In this document: positions 1 to 12,187 of the stretch, piece after piece
Layout of the letters: the number at the start of each line of letters is the position of its first letter
Numbering within the stretch: position 1 is the stretch's first letter
NCBI RefSeq assembly: GCF_003918875.1
Contig: NW_025767002.1
Location: 3,410,001 to 3,474,000 of the forward strand
Source of the DNA: Haliotis rubra
Taxonomy: Eukaryota
DNA: 64,000 nucleotides
Reading direction: 5' to 3'
Notes under the pieces: model-generated
The model's database searches: none
Told to the model about the DNA's origin: nothing
What the model saw: only the letters and a program-made list of their open reading frames with translations
Program-made: the position numbers and the translations under genes

Positions 1-3000
1 TAGTGTCATTATTTCAGACGGATGGACTGTTAAGGCTGCCTGGTTGCCATAGTGTTAGTTCTAGTGTCAGTATTTCAGACGGATGGACTGTTAAGGCTGC
101 CTGGTTGCCAAAGTGTTAGTTCTAGTGTCAGTATTTCAGACGGATAGACTGTTAAAGTTGCTTTTTTGCCATAGTGTTAGTTGTAGTGTCATTATTTCAG
201 ACGGATGGACTGTTAAGGTTGCCTGGTTGCCATAGTGTTAGTTCTAGTGTCAGTATTTCAGACGGATGGACTGTTATAGTTGCCTGGTTGCCATAGTGTT
301 AGTTCTAGTGTCATTATTTCAGACGGATGGACTGTTAAGGTTGCTTGGTTGCCATAGTGTTAGTTCTAGTGTCATTATTTCAGACGGATGGACTGTTAAG
401 GTTGCCTGGTTACCATAGTGTTAGTTCTAGTGTCATTATTTCAGACGGATGGACTGTTAAGGTTGCCTGGTTGCCATAGTGTTATTTCTAGTGTCATTAT
501 TTCAGACGGATGGACTGTTAAGGTTGCTTGGTTGCCATAGTGTTAGTTCTAGTGTCATTATTTCAGACGGATGGACTGTTAAGGTTGCCTGGTTGCCATA
601 GTGTTAGTTCTAGTGTCAGTATTTCAGACGGATGGACTGTTGCGGTTGTCTGGTTGCCATAGTGTTAGTTGTAGTGTCAGTATTTCAGACAGATGGACTG
701 TTATAGTTGCCTGGTTGCCAAAGTGTTAGTATCTCTAGTGTTTATGTCAGTTGGACTATCAACGTGGCCTGGCAGTTTTAGTGTTATTTCTCGTGTCAGT
801 ATATCGGTAAGATGGGTTCTTGACGTGACGGATGGACTGTTAAGGTTGCCTGGTTGCCTTAGTGTTAGTTCTAGAGTCATTATTTCAGACTGATGGACTG
901 TTAAAGTTGCCTGGTTGCCTTAGTGTTAGTTCTAGTGTCAGTATTTCAGACGGATGGACTGTTAAAGTTGCTTGGTTACCATAGTGTTAGTTCTAGTGTC
1001 ATTATGTCAGACGGAAGGACTGATAAGGTTGCTTGCTTGCCATAGTGTTAGTTCTAGTGTCATTATTTCAGACTGATGGACTGTTAAGGTTGCCTGGTTG
1101 CCATAGTGTTAGTTCTAGTGTCAGTATTTCAGACTGATGGACTGTTAAAGTTGCTTGGTTGCCAAAGTGTTAGTTCTAGTGTCAGTATTTCAGACTGATG
1201 GACTGTTAAAGTTGCTTGGTTGCCATAGTGTTAGTTCTAGTGTCATTATTTCAGACGGATGGACTGTTAAGGCTGCCTTGTTGCCTTAGTGTTAGCTCTA
1301 GAGTCATTATTTTAAACTGATGGACTGTTAAAGTTGCTTGGTTGCCATAGTGTTAGTTCTAGTGTCAGTATTTGAGACGGATGGACTGTTAAGGTTGCTT
1401 GGTTGAAATCGTGTTAGTTCTAGTGTCAGTATTTCAGACGGATGGACTGTTAAGGTTGCCTGGTTGCCTTAGTGTTAGCTCTAGAGTCATTATTTTAAAC
1501 TGATGGACTGTTAAGGCTGCCTGGTTGCCATAGTGTTAGTTCTAGTGTCATTATTTCAGACAGATGGACTGTTAAGGTTGCCTGGTTGCCATAGTGTTAT
1601 TTCTAGTGTCATTATTTCAGACGGATGGACTGTTGCGGTTGTCTGGTTGCCATAGTGTTAGTTGTAGTGTCAGTATTTCAGACGGATGAACTGTTAAAGT
1701 TGCCTGGTTGCCAAAGTGTTAGTATCCCTAGTGTTTTTGTCAGTTGGACTATCAACGTGGCTTGGCAGTTTCTTGTGTTATTTCTCGTGTCAGTATACCA
1801 GTAAGATGGGTTCTTGACGTGACCTGGTTGCCATAGTGTTAGTTCTAGTGTAAGTATTTCAGACAGATGAACTGTTAAGGTTGTTTGGTTGCCATAGTGT
1901 TAGTTCTAGTGTCATTATTTCAGACGGATGGACTGTTCAGGTTGCCTGGTTGCCATAGTGTTAGTTCTAGTGTCTTTATTTCAGACAGATGGACTGTTAA
2001 GGTTGCTTGGTTGCCATAGTGTTAGTTCTAGTGTCATTATTTCTGACGGATGGACTCTTAAGGTTGTCTGGTTGCCATAGTGTTAGTTCTAGTGTCAGTA
2101 TTTCAGACTGATGAACTGTTCAAGTTGCCTGGTTGCCAAAGTGTTATTTCTAGTGTCAGTATTTCAGACGGATGGACTGTTATAGTTGCCTGGTTACCAT
2201 AATGTTAGTTCTAGTGTCATTATGTCAGACGGATGGACTGTTAAGGTTGCTTGGTTGCCATAGTGTTAGTTCTAGTGTCATTATTTCTGACGGATGGACT
2301 CTTAAGGTTGTCTGGTTGCCATAGTGTTATTTCTAGTGTCAGTATTTCAGACTGATGAACTGTTCAAGTTGCCTGGTTGCCAAAGTGTTATTTCTAGTGT
2401 CAGTATTTCAGACGGATGGACTGTATAAGTTGCTTGGTTGCCATAGTGTTATTTCTAGTGTCAGTATTTCAGACTGATGGACTGTTAAAGCTGCTTGGTT
2501 GCCATAGTGTTAGTTCTAGTGTCAGTATTTCAGACGGGTGGACTGTTAAGGTTGCCTGGATGCCTTAGTGTTAGTTCTAGAGTCATTATTTCAGACTAAT
2601 GGACTGTTAAAGTTGCTTGGTTGCCATAGTGTTAGTTCTAGTGTCATTATTTCAGACGGATGGACTGATAAGGTTGCTTGGTTGCCATTATCATAGTGTT
2701 AGTTCTAGTGTCATTATTTCTGACAGATGGACTGTTAAAGTTGCCTAGTTGCCAAAGTGTTAGTTCTAATGTCAATATTTCAGACGGATGGACTGTTAAG
2801 GTTGTCTGGTTGAAATCGTGTTAGTTCTAGTGTCAGTATTTCAGACGGATGGACTGATAAGGTTGCCTGGTTGCCTTAGTGTTAGTTCTAGTGTCATTAT
2901 TTCAGACTGATGGACTGTTAAGGCTGCCTGGTTGCCAAAGTGTTAGTTCTAGTATCAGTATTTCATACGGATGGACTGTTAAAGTTGCTTCGTTGCCATA

Positions 3001-3400
3001 GTATTAGTTCTAGTGTCATTATTTCAGACGGATGGACTGTTGCGGTTGCCTGGTTGCCTTAGTGTTAGTTCTAGAGTCATTATTTCAGACGGATGGACTG
3101 TTAAGGTTGCCTGGTTGCCTTAGTGTTAATTCTAGTATCATTATTTCAGACTGATGGACTGTTAAGGTTGCCTAGTTGCCTTAGTGTTATTTCTAGTGTC
3201 ATTATTTCAGACGGATGGACTGTTAAGGTTGCCTGGTTGCCTTAGTGTTAATTCTAGTGTCATTATTTCAGACGGATGGACTGTTAATGTTGCCTGATTG
3301 CCTTAGTGTAAGTTCTAGTGTCAGTATTTCAGACGGATGGACTGTTAATGTTGCCTGGTTGTCCTAGTGTTATTTCTAGTGTCATATTACAGACGGATGG
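1..3400. repeat. Tandem satellite, 61-bp unit, roughly 55 copies; begins at the window edge
   Basis: Unit TAGTGTCATTATTTCAGACGGATGGACTGTTAAGGTTGCCTGGTTGCCATAGTGTTAGTTC repeats every 61 nt with point variants; diverged inserts near 735-830 and 1725-1822. Confidence 0.97.
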
Positions 3401-3594
3401 GCTATCTACGTAGTGTGGCAGTCTAAGTGTGAATTCAAATGTCAGTGATGAGCGGTGTTTGGCAATACCACTAGGAACAACAGTGCGCATGAATGCGTGT
3501 GTGGCTGCATGTTTTACAGTGATGAGGGGCATTTGGGTAGCCTAATGGTTAAAGTGTCCGCTCGTTACTTTAAAGATCCAGGTTCGATTCCACA

Positions 3595-3790
3595 CCCATC
3601 ACTCACCCACCCATCCACCCACTCACCCAACAACTCACTCACACCCACCCACTCACCCACCCATCCACCCACTCATCCAACCAATCCAACCAACCACTCA
3701 CTCATCAACCCACCCATCTAACCAACCACCCAACCACTCATCCACCCACCCTACCATCCACCTATTTACTCACCCAACCACCCACCCACT
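3595..3790. repeat. (CACC/CACT/CAAC)n low-complexity tract following a truncated SINE head (about 3526-3592)
   Basis: Tetranucleotide-like repeats; upstream GGGGCATTTGGGTAGCCTAATGGTTAAAG...GGTTCGATTCC is the SINE family A tRNA-like head. Confidence 0.8.
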
Positions 3791-4987
3791 CAGGGCGCTA
3801 TTCAGAACACTACTTCGAGCCGAGTAGTTTTTGTTGTATTTCCTCAATACCCAGCAACAACAAGTACTGCCCGCCTCTTGGCATGACGTGACAGGACACC
3901 GAACTACCGTCCTCCCGCCATCTAGGCATCTCTCCAACATCCACAAAACAGGGTCAGTTACAATTCCCAAACCCAGGCTTTATTCCAAGTCATTATAAAG
4001 CATGTCATCGTTATGTGAATAGTTTTTTTGTGTCTTCATTAATTAAATTTTCCATCAACTAATTTAATGATTACAGCATATTGCATGAAAAACATAGATA
4101 CACTTAAACATGAATATTTATTCACTGAAGGATACGCATATGTCAATCAGGAAAACGTTATCCTAAAGAAACAAGGTACGATATTATGAATACAGATAAC
4201 TACATATGTTTGGCTATATTGTAAATATATATGATAGATAAAATATAGAATGGATAATTGGACAACACACAAAATATGAGCCTCGTGTATATATTTCGAA
4301 CACAACACGAGCTCGAACTCGACACGAGCTATGATAACACATTCCATGATATGTATGGATTATAATGGCTCTTATTCTCCAAAACAATCGTTATGAGTTA
4401 TACTACTCATAGGAAGTTAAGAACCACCCGATACCTCACATTACAACAGTTAATCCGTCTTGCCATGTTGCAATGTGAAATTCTGAACATCTTAACATCT
4501 GTTGAGTAGGATATATCTCATGTCCTTCTCTCACTGCCCTGTGTTGTATCAGGAACTCGACAACAACATCAAACATAGATTTCCTTCGTACGTCAGTAAC
4601 AGATATTTGCCCTCTCTGATGTCATCCCGATCGATATTTTTTAAATATCACATTTATGAATCTGGATGGAAATATACACTGCAAGTGTTTCCCAGATATC
4701 AATTCAATTCGGCTCAGCCCAGTCTGTCATTAGATCCACAAACCATTATACACAATTATTGAAGATTTTGGAAATTCAGTAAATATAATGTATCGACAAT
4801 TCGCATTAAGGAACAAATTTTCTAAACAAGTGTGTTTTTCCACACAATGTATGTACAACTGTTAGGTATACTCTTCAAAAGAAGTTAGGGATCACTGATT
4901 CTAACACAGCACTATGGGGATAATATGTCATGACATGCCATTAGTAACTCCCTATTGATCTGAAGAATCGACATAACATGAACAATC

Positions 4988-5205
4988 GATCCGGGTTAGA
5001 GTTGATCTTCAGTAATCCATGCTTATCGTTAGAACGACTTACGGGATCGGGTGGTCAGGCTCGCTGACTTAGTTGACACATGCCACCGTATCCCAATTGC
5101 GTAGATCGATGCTCATGCTGTTAATCACCGGATTGTCTGGTCCAGACTCGATTATTTACAGATCGCCGCCATATAGCTGGAATATTGCTGAGTTCGGCGT
5201 TAAGC
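4988..5205 (+). mobile_element. SINE family B copy (internal TCGTAAGAGGCGACTAA-type core, resembling the Meta-SINE domain)
   Basis: GATCCGGGTTAGA...GGGATCGGGTGGTCAGGCTCGCTGAC...GGATTGTCTGGTCCAGACTCG...CCATATAGCTGGAATATTGCTGAG; homologous copies recur across the window. Confidence 0.8.
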
Positions 5206-5425
5206 CCCCCAAAACCCAAACAATCAAACCAAAAAAGGGTATCGACCTGTCCCTACCTTCTTTTGAGTTGTAACTTTTGTCTTAACAAATTGCCCCTTAA
5301 GTCTCTCAGTTTATTCGTGGACATGACACCGGCCATGCATGGCTGTTGCATGTACTTCCGGGCATGCGTATTGGAACGTCGCGCATTGGGTTTTGCGCGG
5401 ACATGTCTTAAGACCGTTTCCTTAT

Positions 5426-8078
5426 TCAGACCTTGGCGTCCGATGCCAAGTATTTCTCTAGAGCGTCCAGCAAGTCATTGACTCCCATGTGGTACGGTGG
5501 TTTCCGGAAGCCCGTTGTCACGTGACAAAGGCCTCTGTCCCACCAGTACTGCAAAATGTCCCTGACCTTTCTGGACTTCTCAACCTCTGACTTCAGCTTC
5601 TCGAGTTCTTCCTCTGCTTCAGCATTCTCCTGTTAGTTGGAAAATATGAAAACATTGCTTAGTTTTATCTTGCACTGCTCGAATGATTTTAACATTAAAT
5701 TATGAAATTGCCATGTATTTTAGCGTTAGTGAAGACGCAGGAGGGTCAGTCGTATGATGTGTAACAGTAAGCCATACAGAGTTGCGTTTCTTAGTTATAC
5801 CAGGATCAGACTCAATAATTGACAATTATCGTTAATTTGTCGTCACAACGCCCGTGCCCATGAGTTTCATTAAGTGGTAAACATATGCGAGCTGCATAGA
5901 TTTGGCCGTATTGCTTGAGCTGTGTAGATGAATACTGTTACAATCGGCGAAATCACAATTCATGCACTAAAATACGCCGTTAGTGTCGAATATTGACACA
6001 GTAGCTAGATTTGTGGTAAATCAAAATGTCATGAACACAGAGCCATTCAAAATGTCATGTCCGTGAAACCATTATCAAGGCATGCACATCACTATTTCGA
6101 ACCATCATCGGTACCTGCATCTGTTTCTTCATCTTCATCTGGCGGTTTAATCTGCTCCTGTTGGCCGAATCCTTGTTCCTTTGCTTTCTGCGATCAATCT
6201 TCTGCTTTTCTTCTTCCGTCAACTGAAGGGAAAAATTCAATATTATCAAATGATACAGATATCGATACATTTATCTATCTGAAAATTATTCACTGAATTT
6301 TAATACATAGAATCAGTTTGAATATTTCTCCTACCTCTCCAGACGGTTTGTTGGTGAAATAAACCATGAGTTCCTTTTCCCCTCTCTGGAGTCGCTTGAG
6401 CTGTATCTTCGACTTCAGTCCCTCTTTAACTGAGACAGTTGTAGGAGGGCCATGTGCTGCAACGGATGTGTCGCTCATCACTTCCGGTTCCGGAGGCGGA
6501 ATGTATCTTAGATGGGACGACTGCTCGGTGTGCTGTTGGTAGAGGACATCAACCTCTGCCAGGTCCATACCAGGATCAACCATCGTCTGGGTGGACATGA
6601 GGTCGGTCTCTGCAGAATTGGACGTGGAACCAGAGAGAATGTTCAAAATTTCTGGGAGCTCTGAACTTGAGCTGGAGGTCGGTGTTCCGAACGGTTCGGT
6701 CTTGTGGTTGGTAAATGGATTCGTCGTTGGTCCTAGTTGAGCGTTGATGGATCCAGGCTCCACCACTGAGTCTGTAGTGAAAGGTTCACTCAATTGCGGT
6801 ATGTTTCCATCAGGAATACCAGGAGTACCACAAGCAGTGGCAGCTCCAAAAGTAGGGTTCGGTTGGTACGTCGGCTCAAACCCCTGGATCCATTGCAGTA
6901 GATCGGCCAGGTCGACATGCGACAGGTCAGGCTGCAACGGAACAGCTCCTTGCATGGGGGTGTCAGCAGCAGCTTGGACGTCTTCAGCGTCGTTGGTAAA
7001 TGATGTTGGCAGCCGATCCGGGTTCTGCAGCATGGGGTTTCGAGCCTGTGTTGGGTTTCCGTGAAGCTGCATGGTCAAACTTCCCGGTGTCCCCATCGTG
7101 TCGGAGATCAGAGGGAGGATGTCTTCCACTTCAGGCACATTGGTAGTAGGCACAGGAGGAGTGGTAGTAGGCTGATGAGTAATGGTAGTAGGCAGAGGGA
7201 CAATGTTCGTAGGCAGAGGAGCATTGGTCGTTGGTAGTGGAACAATGGTAGAAGGCGGAAGAGCAATGGTAGCAGCCATTGATTCTTGGGAAGAGTAAAC
7301 ATCCATGGCCTCGAGGTCGTTTGCCCTACTTCTGCAATGTCTCTCAGTTTCACGTTGAGTGACATAGGCTTGGTCCATGGTGCTCGTTCCGCTAGGTTCA
7401 GGGACCTTTGTAGGTGTGAATGTGTACGTCTGGCTCATACTATTATGTATATCTGCATTGCTCCCTGATTGGACAGTGCTAATCATGTGACCTGTCTTTT
7501 CGACTTCTGATTGGTAGTCTACCGTGGAAGCGTACGACACGTCAAGGGGACTTCCTTCAGCCTATGAAGGAGAAAATGCTAATTTACCATTCACATCTAT
7601 TTTTAAATATGAATAATGTACACATAACTAAAGCTATTATCATCTCGATAAATGAACTAACTCCATTTTTTCTAGCTGAAATGTAAATGTATTGATCAAT
7701 GTTGTATTTATGATTCTCTTTCAGAAATGCAAATTGTTAAATAAAAAAAATATATAAGTCTTGATTAATCATAATTGGTAAAAAATGGTAGTCCCTGCCG
7801 TAACGAAATGAATTATCAAAAATGCGGTAACAACGTTTTCATTTTATATACATTTAGAAATTAAACGAATATCCTTTGGTGCATACATTTTCCAGAACAG
7901 TCTAACGGTAAATCAAACGAAAATCACTCACCTCGCAATATTCCTGATCCAAGTCGGGAAAGAGGATTGCCTTGTTCCACGCACTGTTGTTGCCGAAAAG
8001 CGCCTTCAGGTAGCTTGTGGGGTTGTCTGTGTCCACACCGTTCATATCCATTTCTTGCTTCCTTACACTGGGTTCCAT
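5426..8078 (-). CDS. bZIP gene copy 1, ATF3/Fos-like transcription factor, 4 coding exons, about 561 aa
   Basis: Exons 8078-7932 (MEPSVRK...QEYCE|gtgagt), 7561-6335 (long P/T/S-rich exon ending VSVKEGLKSKIQLKRLQRGEKEL...KPSGE|gtagga), 6222-6115 (108 nt, LTEEEKQKIDRRKQRNKDSANRSRLNRQMKMKKQMQ), 5629-5426 (ENAEAEEELEKLKSEVEKSRKVRDIL...DAKV*). All introns GT-AG, phase 0, frame continuous. Confidence 0.9.
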
Positions 8079-8215
8079 TTTAATTCCCCTGTCCGATTTC
8101 TGCTAAACGCCTTTTTATCAGTATTTATCTGCGACCGTCACCAAAGCTTGCTCGCGAGTCAATGGGCTGCTGTGGGCTGCGACCATCGCCAGCAGGCAAA
8201 TTGCTATTCAAACCG

Positions 8216-8264
8216 CCACGTCATTTTCTAGTCAGGGAAAACTTGTACACGAGTGATTGCATCA
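8216..8264 (-). promoter_or_regulatory. Candidate promoter motifs of copy 1: TGACGTGG (UPRE/CREB3/XBP1-type) and TGATGCAAT (C/EBP-ATF, ATF4-type)
   Basis: Plus strand CCACGTCA at 8216-8223 and ATTGCATCA at 8256-8264, about 140-190 bp upstream of the ATG; motif match only. Confidence 0.45.
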
Positions 8265-8486
8265 TCTTGCTTGCACTGTCTCGTGATGAGTTTCAACCAC
8301 GTGCCTGTCCAGGATTAAACACACATAAATATTTTAACTATCTTTATACTTCCTGGATAGATTACATTCAAATACTTTTACTCGCAGTAGTATGCACGCA
8401 TATGGGGCTACTACGTTGTGCACTTGCATCATATGCGTTGTGTTTAGGGGTGGTAATAAAGAGAAATGGTGACGCGTTGATAATGA

Positions 8487-8650
8487 ATGAGTGAGTATGG
8501 TTTTACCCCGCTTTTAGCACTATTCCAGCAATATCAACACGGGGGACACCAGAAATGGGCTTCACACATTGTACCCATGTGGGGAATCGAACGCGGGTGT
8601 TCGGCGTGACGAGCGAACGCTTTAACCACTAGGCTACCCCAACGGCCCCG
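8487..8650 (-). mobile_element. tRNA-derived SINE family A, near full length
   Basis: Reverse complement GGGGTAGCCTAGTGGTTAAAGCGTTCGCTCGTCACGCCG...TTCGATTCCCCACATGGGTACAATGTGTGAAGCCCATTTCTGG...GCTGGAATAGTGCTAAAAGC with (ACTC)n tail. Confidence 0.9.
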
Positions 8651-8759
8651 GTGCGTTGATAAGATGTCTGTCTTTGAAAAGTTTGTTAACGCTTGTACGT
8701 CCTATCCAAATTGAAAGTTTTTTTAAGTATCAATAACCGAACACAATGCCAACATCTGG

Positions 8760-8990
8760 GGTAACTCCTACCAACTGTATACATCCCCGATCCCCCTTCG
8801 CACTGACTGTGTCAGACGTTGACCTTGACCAGGTAGTGCGGTCCATTCTTGATGGAGGTCTTGTTCCAGTACATCTTGTGCTGGAGGATCTCTGCGACAC
8901 CCCATAATGTGAAACACAATCGCAAACATGCTCTATGGGACTGAGATGTGGACACCGATGGGTCACGTTAGCGTTGTTAACGCATCTTCC
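8760..8990 (-). mobile_element. Degenerate Tc1-like transposase C-terminal fragment
   Basis: Translates to CPHLSPIEHVCD, resembling the Tc1 SPDLSPIEHxW motif; no intact ORF. Confidence 0.5.
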
Positions 8991-9046
8991 CGAACGAAAT
9001 CACCAACGGCATGTGCACGAGAGGTCGGCCATCAAATGTACAACAT

Positions 9047-9330
9047 TGACATCTCTTGACCGCCTGCTAGTTCAACTCTCGCTTGCGTTCCTGGGGGCCA
9101 GTCGTTTTGAGGCATTCCTGATTTGTGAAAACAACTGGGTTTGAAGTTTTACATCAAAACCTCGTGAATCCGAACAGAGCCATCTCAGTGAAATTATAAT
9201 ACTCTTGGATTTACAATCATGAATGTGCAGAAATATCCCTCAAATTTGAACGGTAATTGTCCGGATAATGTGGTGTCCGGACTAAACATGTTTTATAGGG
9301 AATATAGGATTCATGAAATCTTGGCCAAGG
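9047..9330 (-). pseudogene. Pseudogenised fragment of bZIP copy 2 (basic-region exon plus upstream intron)
   Basis: After an acceptor AG, 9117 onward reads ECLKTTGPQERKRELN*QAVKRCQ versus copy 2 EYLKTLPPEERKRELNRRAAKRCR, with an in-frame TAG at 9069-9067; 9125-9330 closely matches intron sequence 14325-14540. Confidence 0.85.
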
Positions 9331-9617
9331 ATTGCCATCGATATTTAAAACATTGACAAGGATGTCAGTGATGTATCGTTGTCCATTCAGATTCTATCTG
9401 ACCATGTCAAGGCCCAAAGGGTTGTCCGATGTGTTGCCAATCACACAATTGTATTCATACGTGGTGTCTTATGTTACCTCGCTGGAGGTAATACGGCATG
9501 TACATTTTGAAGAATGACGTTGTATGGCGAAGAATATATAAGGTGTTTCCGTAGATACATATGCTATGTTTGAAATGATAAGCATGCCGCTGTATGGTCT
9601 GTACCATGTGGACACAT

Positions 9618-10665
9618 GACTAATAATCTGTATGTAATCTGTGGGTGTCCAGGTGGATGCTAGACTAGTAATCTGTATGTAATCTGTATGTGTCCAGGAG
9701 GACACCAGACTAATAATCTGTATGTGTCAGGAGGACACCAGACTAATAATCTGTATGTAATCTGTATGTGTCCGGGAGGACAGGAGGACACCAGACTAAT
9801 AATCTGTATGTAATCTGTATCTGTATCCAGGAGGAGGAGACTAGACTCATCTGTATGTAATCTGTATGTGTCCAGGAGGACACCAGGATACTAGAATAAT
9901 CTGTATGTAATCTGTATGTGTCCAGGAGGATACTAGACTAATAATCTGTATGTAATCTGTATGTGTCCAGGAGGACACTAGACTAATAATCTGTATGTAA
10001 TCTGTATGTGTCCAGGAGGACACCAGACTAATAATCTGTATGTAATCGGTATGTGTCCAGGAGGATGCTAGACTAATAATCTGTATGTAATCTGTATGTG
10101 TCAAGGTGGATACTAGACTAATAATCTGTATGTAATCTGTATGTGTCCAGGAGGATACGAGACTATAAATCTGTATGTAATCGGTATGTGTCCAGGAGGA
10201 TACTAGTGTCCAGGATGGATACTAGACTCGCCAGCAACACTTCTTTTACTCAGTGTCTGTGTTTTTGTTCTAATGTAATCTGTATGTGTCTAAGAGGATA
10301 CTAGACTAATAATCTGTATGTAATCTGTATGTGTCCAGGAGGATAATGGAATAATAATCTGTATGTAATCTGTATGTGTCTAGGAGGATACTAGACTAAT
10401 AATCTGTATGTAATCTGTATGTGTCCAGGAGGATACTAGACTAATAATCTGTATGTAATCTGTATGTGTCCAGGAGGATACTAGACTAATAATCTGTATG
10501 TAATCTGTATGTGTCTAGGAGGATACTAGACTAATAATCTGTATGTAATCTGTATGTGTCTAGGAGGACGAGACTAATAATCTGTACTAGACTAATAATC
10601 TGTATGTAATCTGTATGTGTCCAGGAGGATACTAGACTAGTAATCTGTATGTAATCTGTATGTGT
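9618..10665. repeat. Tandem minisatellite, 45-bp unit, about 20 copies
   Basis: Unit CCAGGAGGATACTAGACTAATAATCTGTATGTAATCTGTATGTGT; source of the SWTHTDYIQIISLVS ORFs. Confidence 0.95.
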
Positions 10666-11344
10666 CGTCATGGTCAATAATGTCGCAAGAAATGCTACCA
10701 GGAGACTACATCTTCGCCAGCAACACTTCTTTTACTCAGTGTCTGTGTTTTTTTGTTCTTTTTGTTTTTATTGGTTGGGGGATTTGGTCTGAGTGTCTAA
10801 AGCTTGACTTACTTGCATGCCACACTGTTTACTTTGTACAACTATTGGTTGTCCTGTTGAGGTAGCATCACCCTATAGCCCATCTCACAGACTTCCCCCA
10901 CAATGAAAACACTTCTCCAAACCAGGTGAAGAGGATATGTGTTTAATGTCGCATTGGTGCCTGCGTACGCGCGCGCGTGCGTGTGTGTGCGTGGTGGACA
11001 GTGTGTTGTCACCGATGCAGGGTACCAACAAGTACCATATTTTAAAATCTAACGGTATGACGCTGCTGGGGATCGAACCGCCCACCTACCCTCCCTTCTG
11101 ACATACATGTCATTCCGTTATTTATTACCTACGAGGGCGAAAATATCGGGGTTCATATTTTTCATACGATGTCCTAGGGCAAAATATCACTTTGTCATGG
11201 TGACGTGACGGCATGAAACAATGCTATGACGTCGAGTTTCTTCTGTGACGTTGCATTCTACATGCGGCGACGGCGGGTAGCCAGCCTATGTTTGAAAGTA
11301 GATTTGGCTTTAATTTCCTCAATTTGACGACTTCGGTAATAAAC

Positions 11345-11494
11345 AGAGTATTATATTCGTGCCCACATCATACTATGTTTACGACACTCGTGCCTAAATA
11401 TCGGCATATCCCTCGCTCTCGCTCGGGAAATACCAACATTTAGGCACTCGTGTCGTAAACATAGTATGGTATGGACACTCATATAATATCCTCT
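11345..11494. mobile_element. About 150-bp palindromic hairpin, probably the end of an unclassified non-autonomous element
   Basis: Left arm ...CATACTATGTTTACGACACTCGTGCCTAAAT... is nearly the reverse complement of right arm ...ATTTAGGCACTCGTGTCGTAAACATAGTATG...; arms about 70 bp. Confidence 0.7.
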
Positions 11495-11654
11495 ATGTAT
11501 AACTGACTAGATACTGGAAACAGTTCTCAGAAAATACGTTTTGTAGTGAACCAGTAATGTTTATCAAGCATGCATATCATACGGGTATACGTTTACATTC
11601 GTGTCAGTCCGTGATATCTCCTCAGAAAGATGCCAGTTGTTCCTAGTGCATATG

Positions 11655-11816
11655 GGCGGTGGGGTAGTCTAGTGGTTACAGCGTTCGCTTGTCACGCTGA
11701 AGACCCGGGTTCGATTCCCTTCATGGGTACAATGTGTGAAGCCCATTTCTGATGTCCCCCGCCGTGATATTGCTGGAATATTGCTAAAAACGGTGTAAAA
11801 CCAAACTCACTCACTC
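11655..11816 (+). mobile_element. SINE family A, full length
   Basis: GGGCGGTGGGGTAGTCTAGTGGTTACAGCG...GACCCGGGTTCGATTCCC...CCAAACTCACTCACTC. Confidence 0.9.
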
Positions 11817-12187
11817 CGAGTGTACAACAAGCTGACACAGGTCATAGAACAAGTAAACATTGATACTTTTTAATCAATATCAGTAAAATAAATTACACAT
11901 TCAGATAATACATGATCATTCATTGTACTCAATCACCGAAATCAAAGATATTGTGCTTGCTTTAAAGTTTGTGTAAACAGCTCCTGAATCATGACAAAAA
12001 AAACCCCCCCCCCCCAACCCCCCAAACAAACCCCGAAAGTTCTGTGGCAGTTTCGTCACTATACACATAAACAATGTTCCGTGAGGGAGCCTCGCAGCTT
12101 CATACAACTATTGTAATGTCGCGGATCTCCACCTTGACATGTTGTTGATCTCATGCCAGACCCCTTGAAAGGGTCAGCCACCTTGAC

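Noticed and set aside
1-3400. CRISPR-like regular array
   Set aside because: Whole units repeat with no unique spacers, there are no cas genes, and the context is eukaryotic; the same applies to the 45-bp and 98-bp arrays
9469-10104. Repetitive-protein ORFs (SWTHTDYIQIISLVS)
   Set aside because: By-product of a 45-bp unit that is a multiple of three; frame repeatedly broken and no splice context
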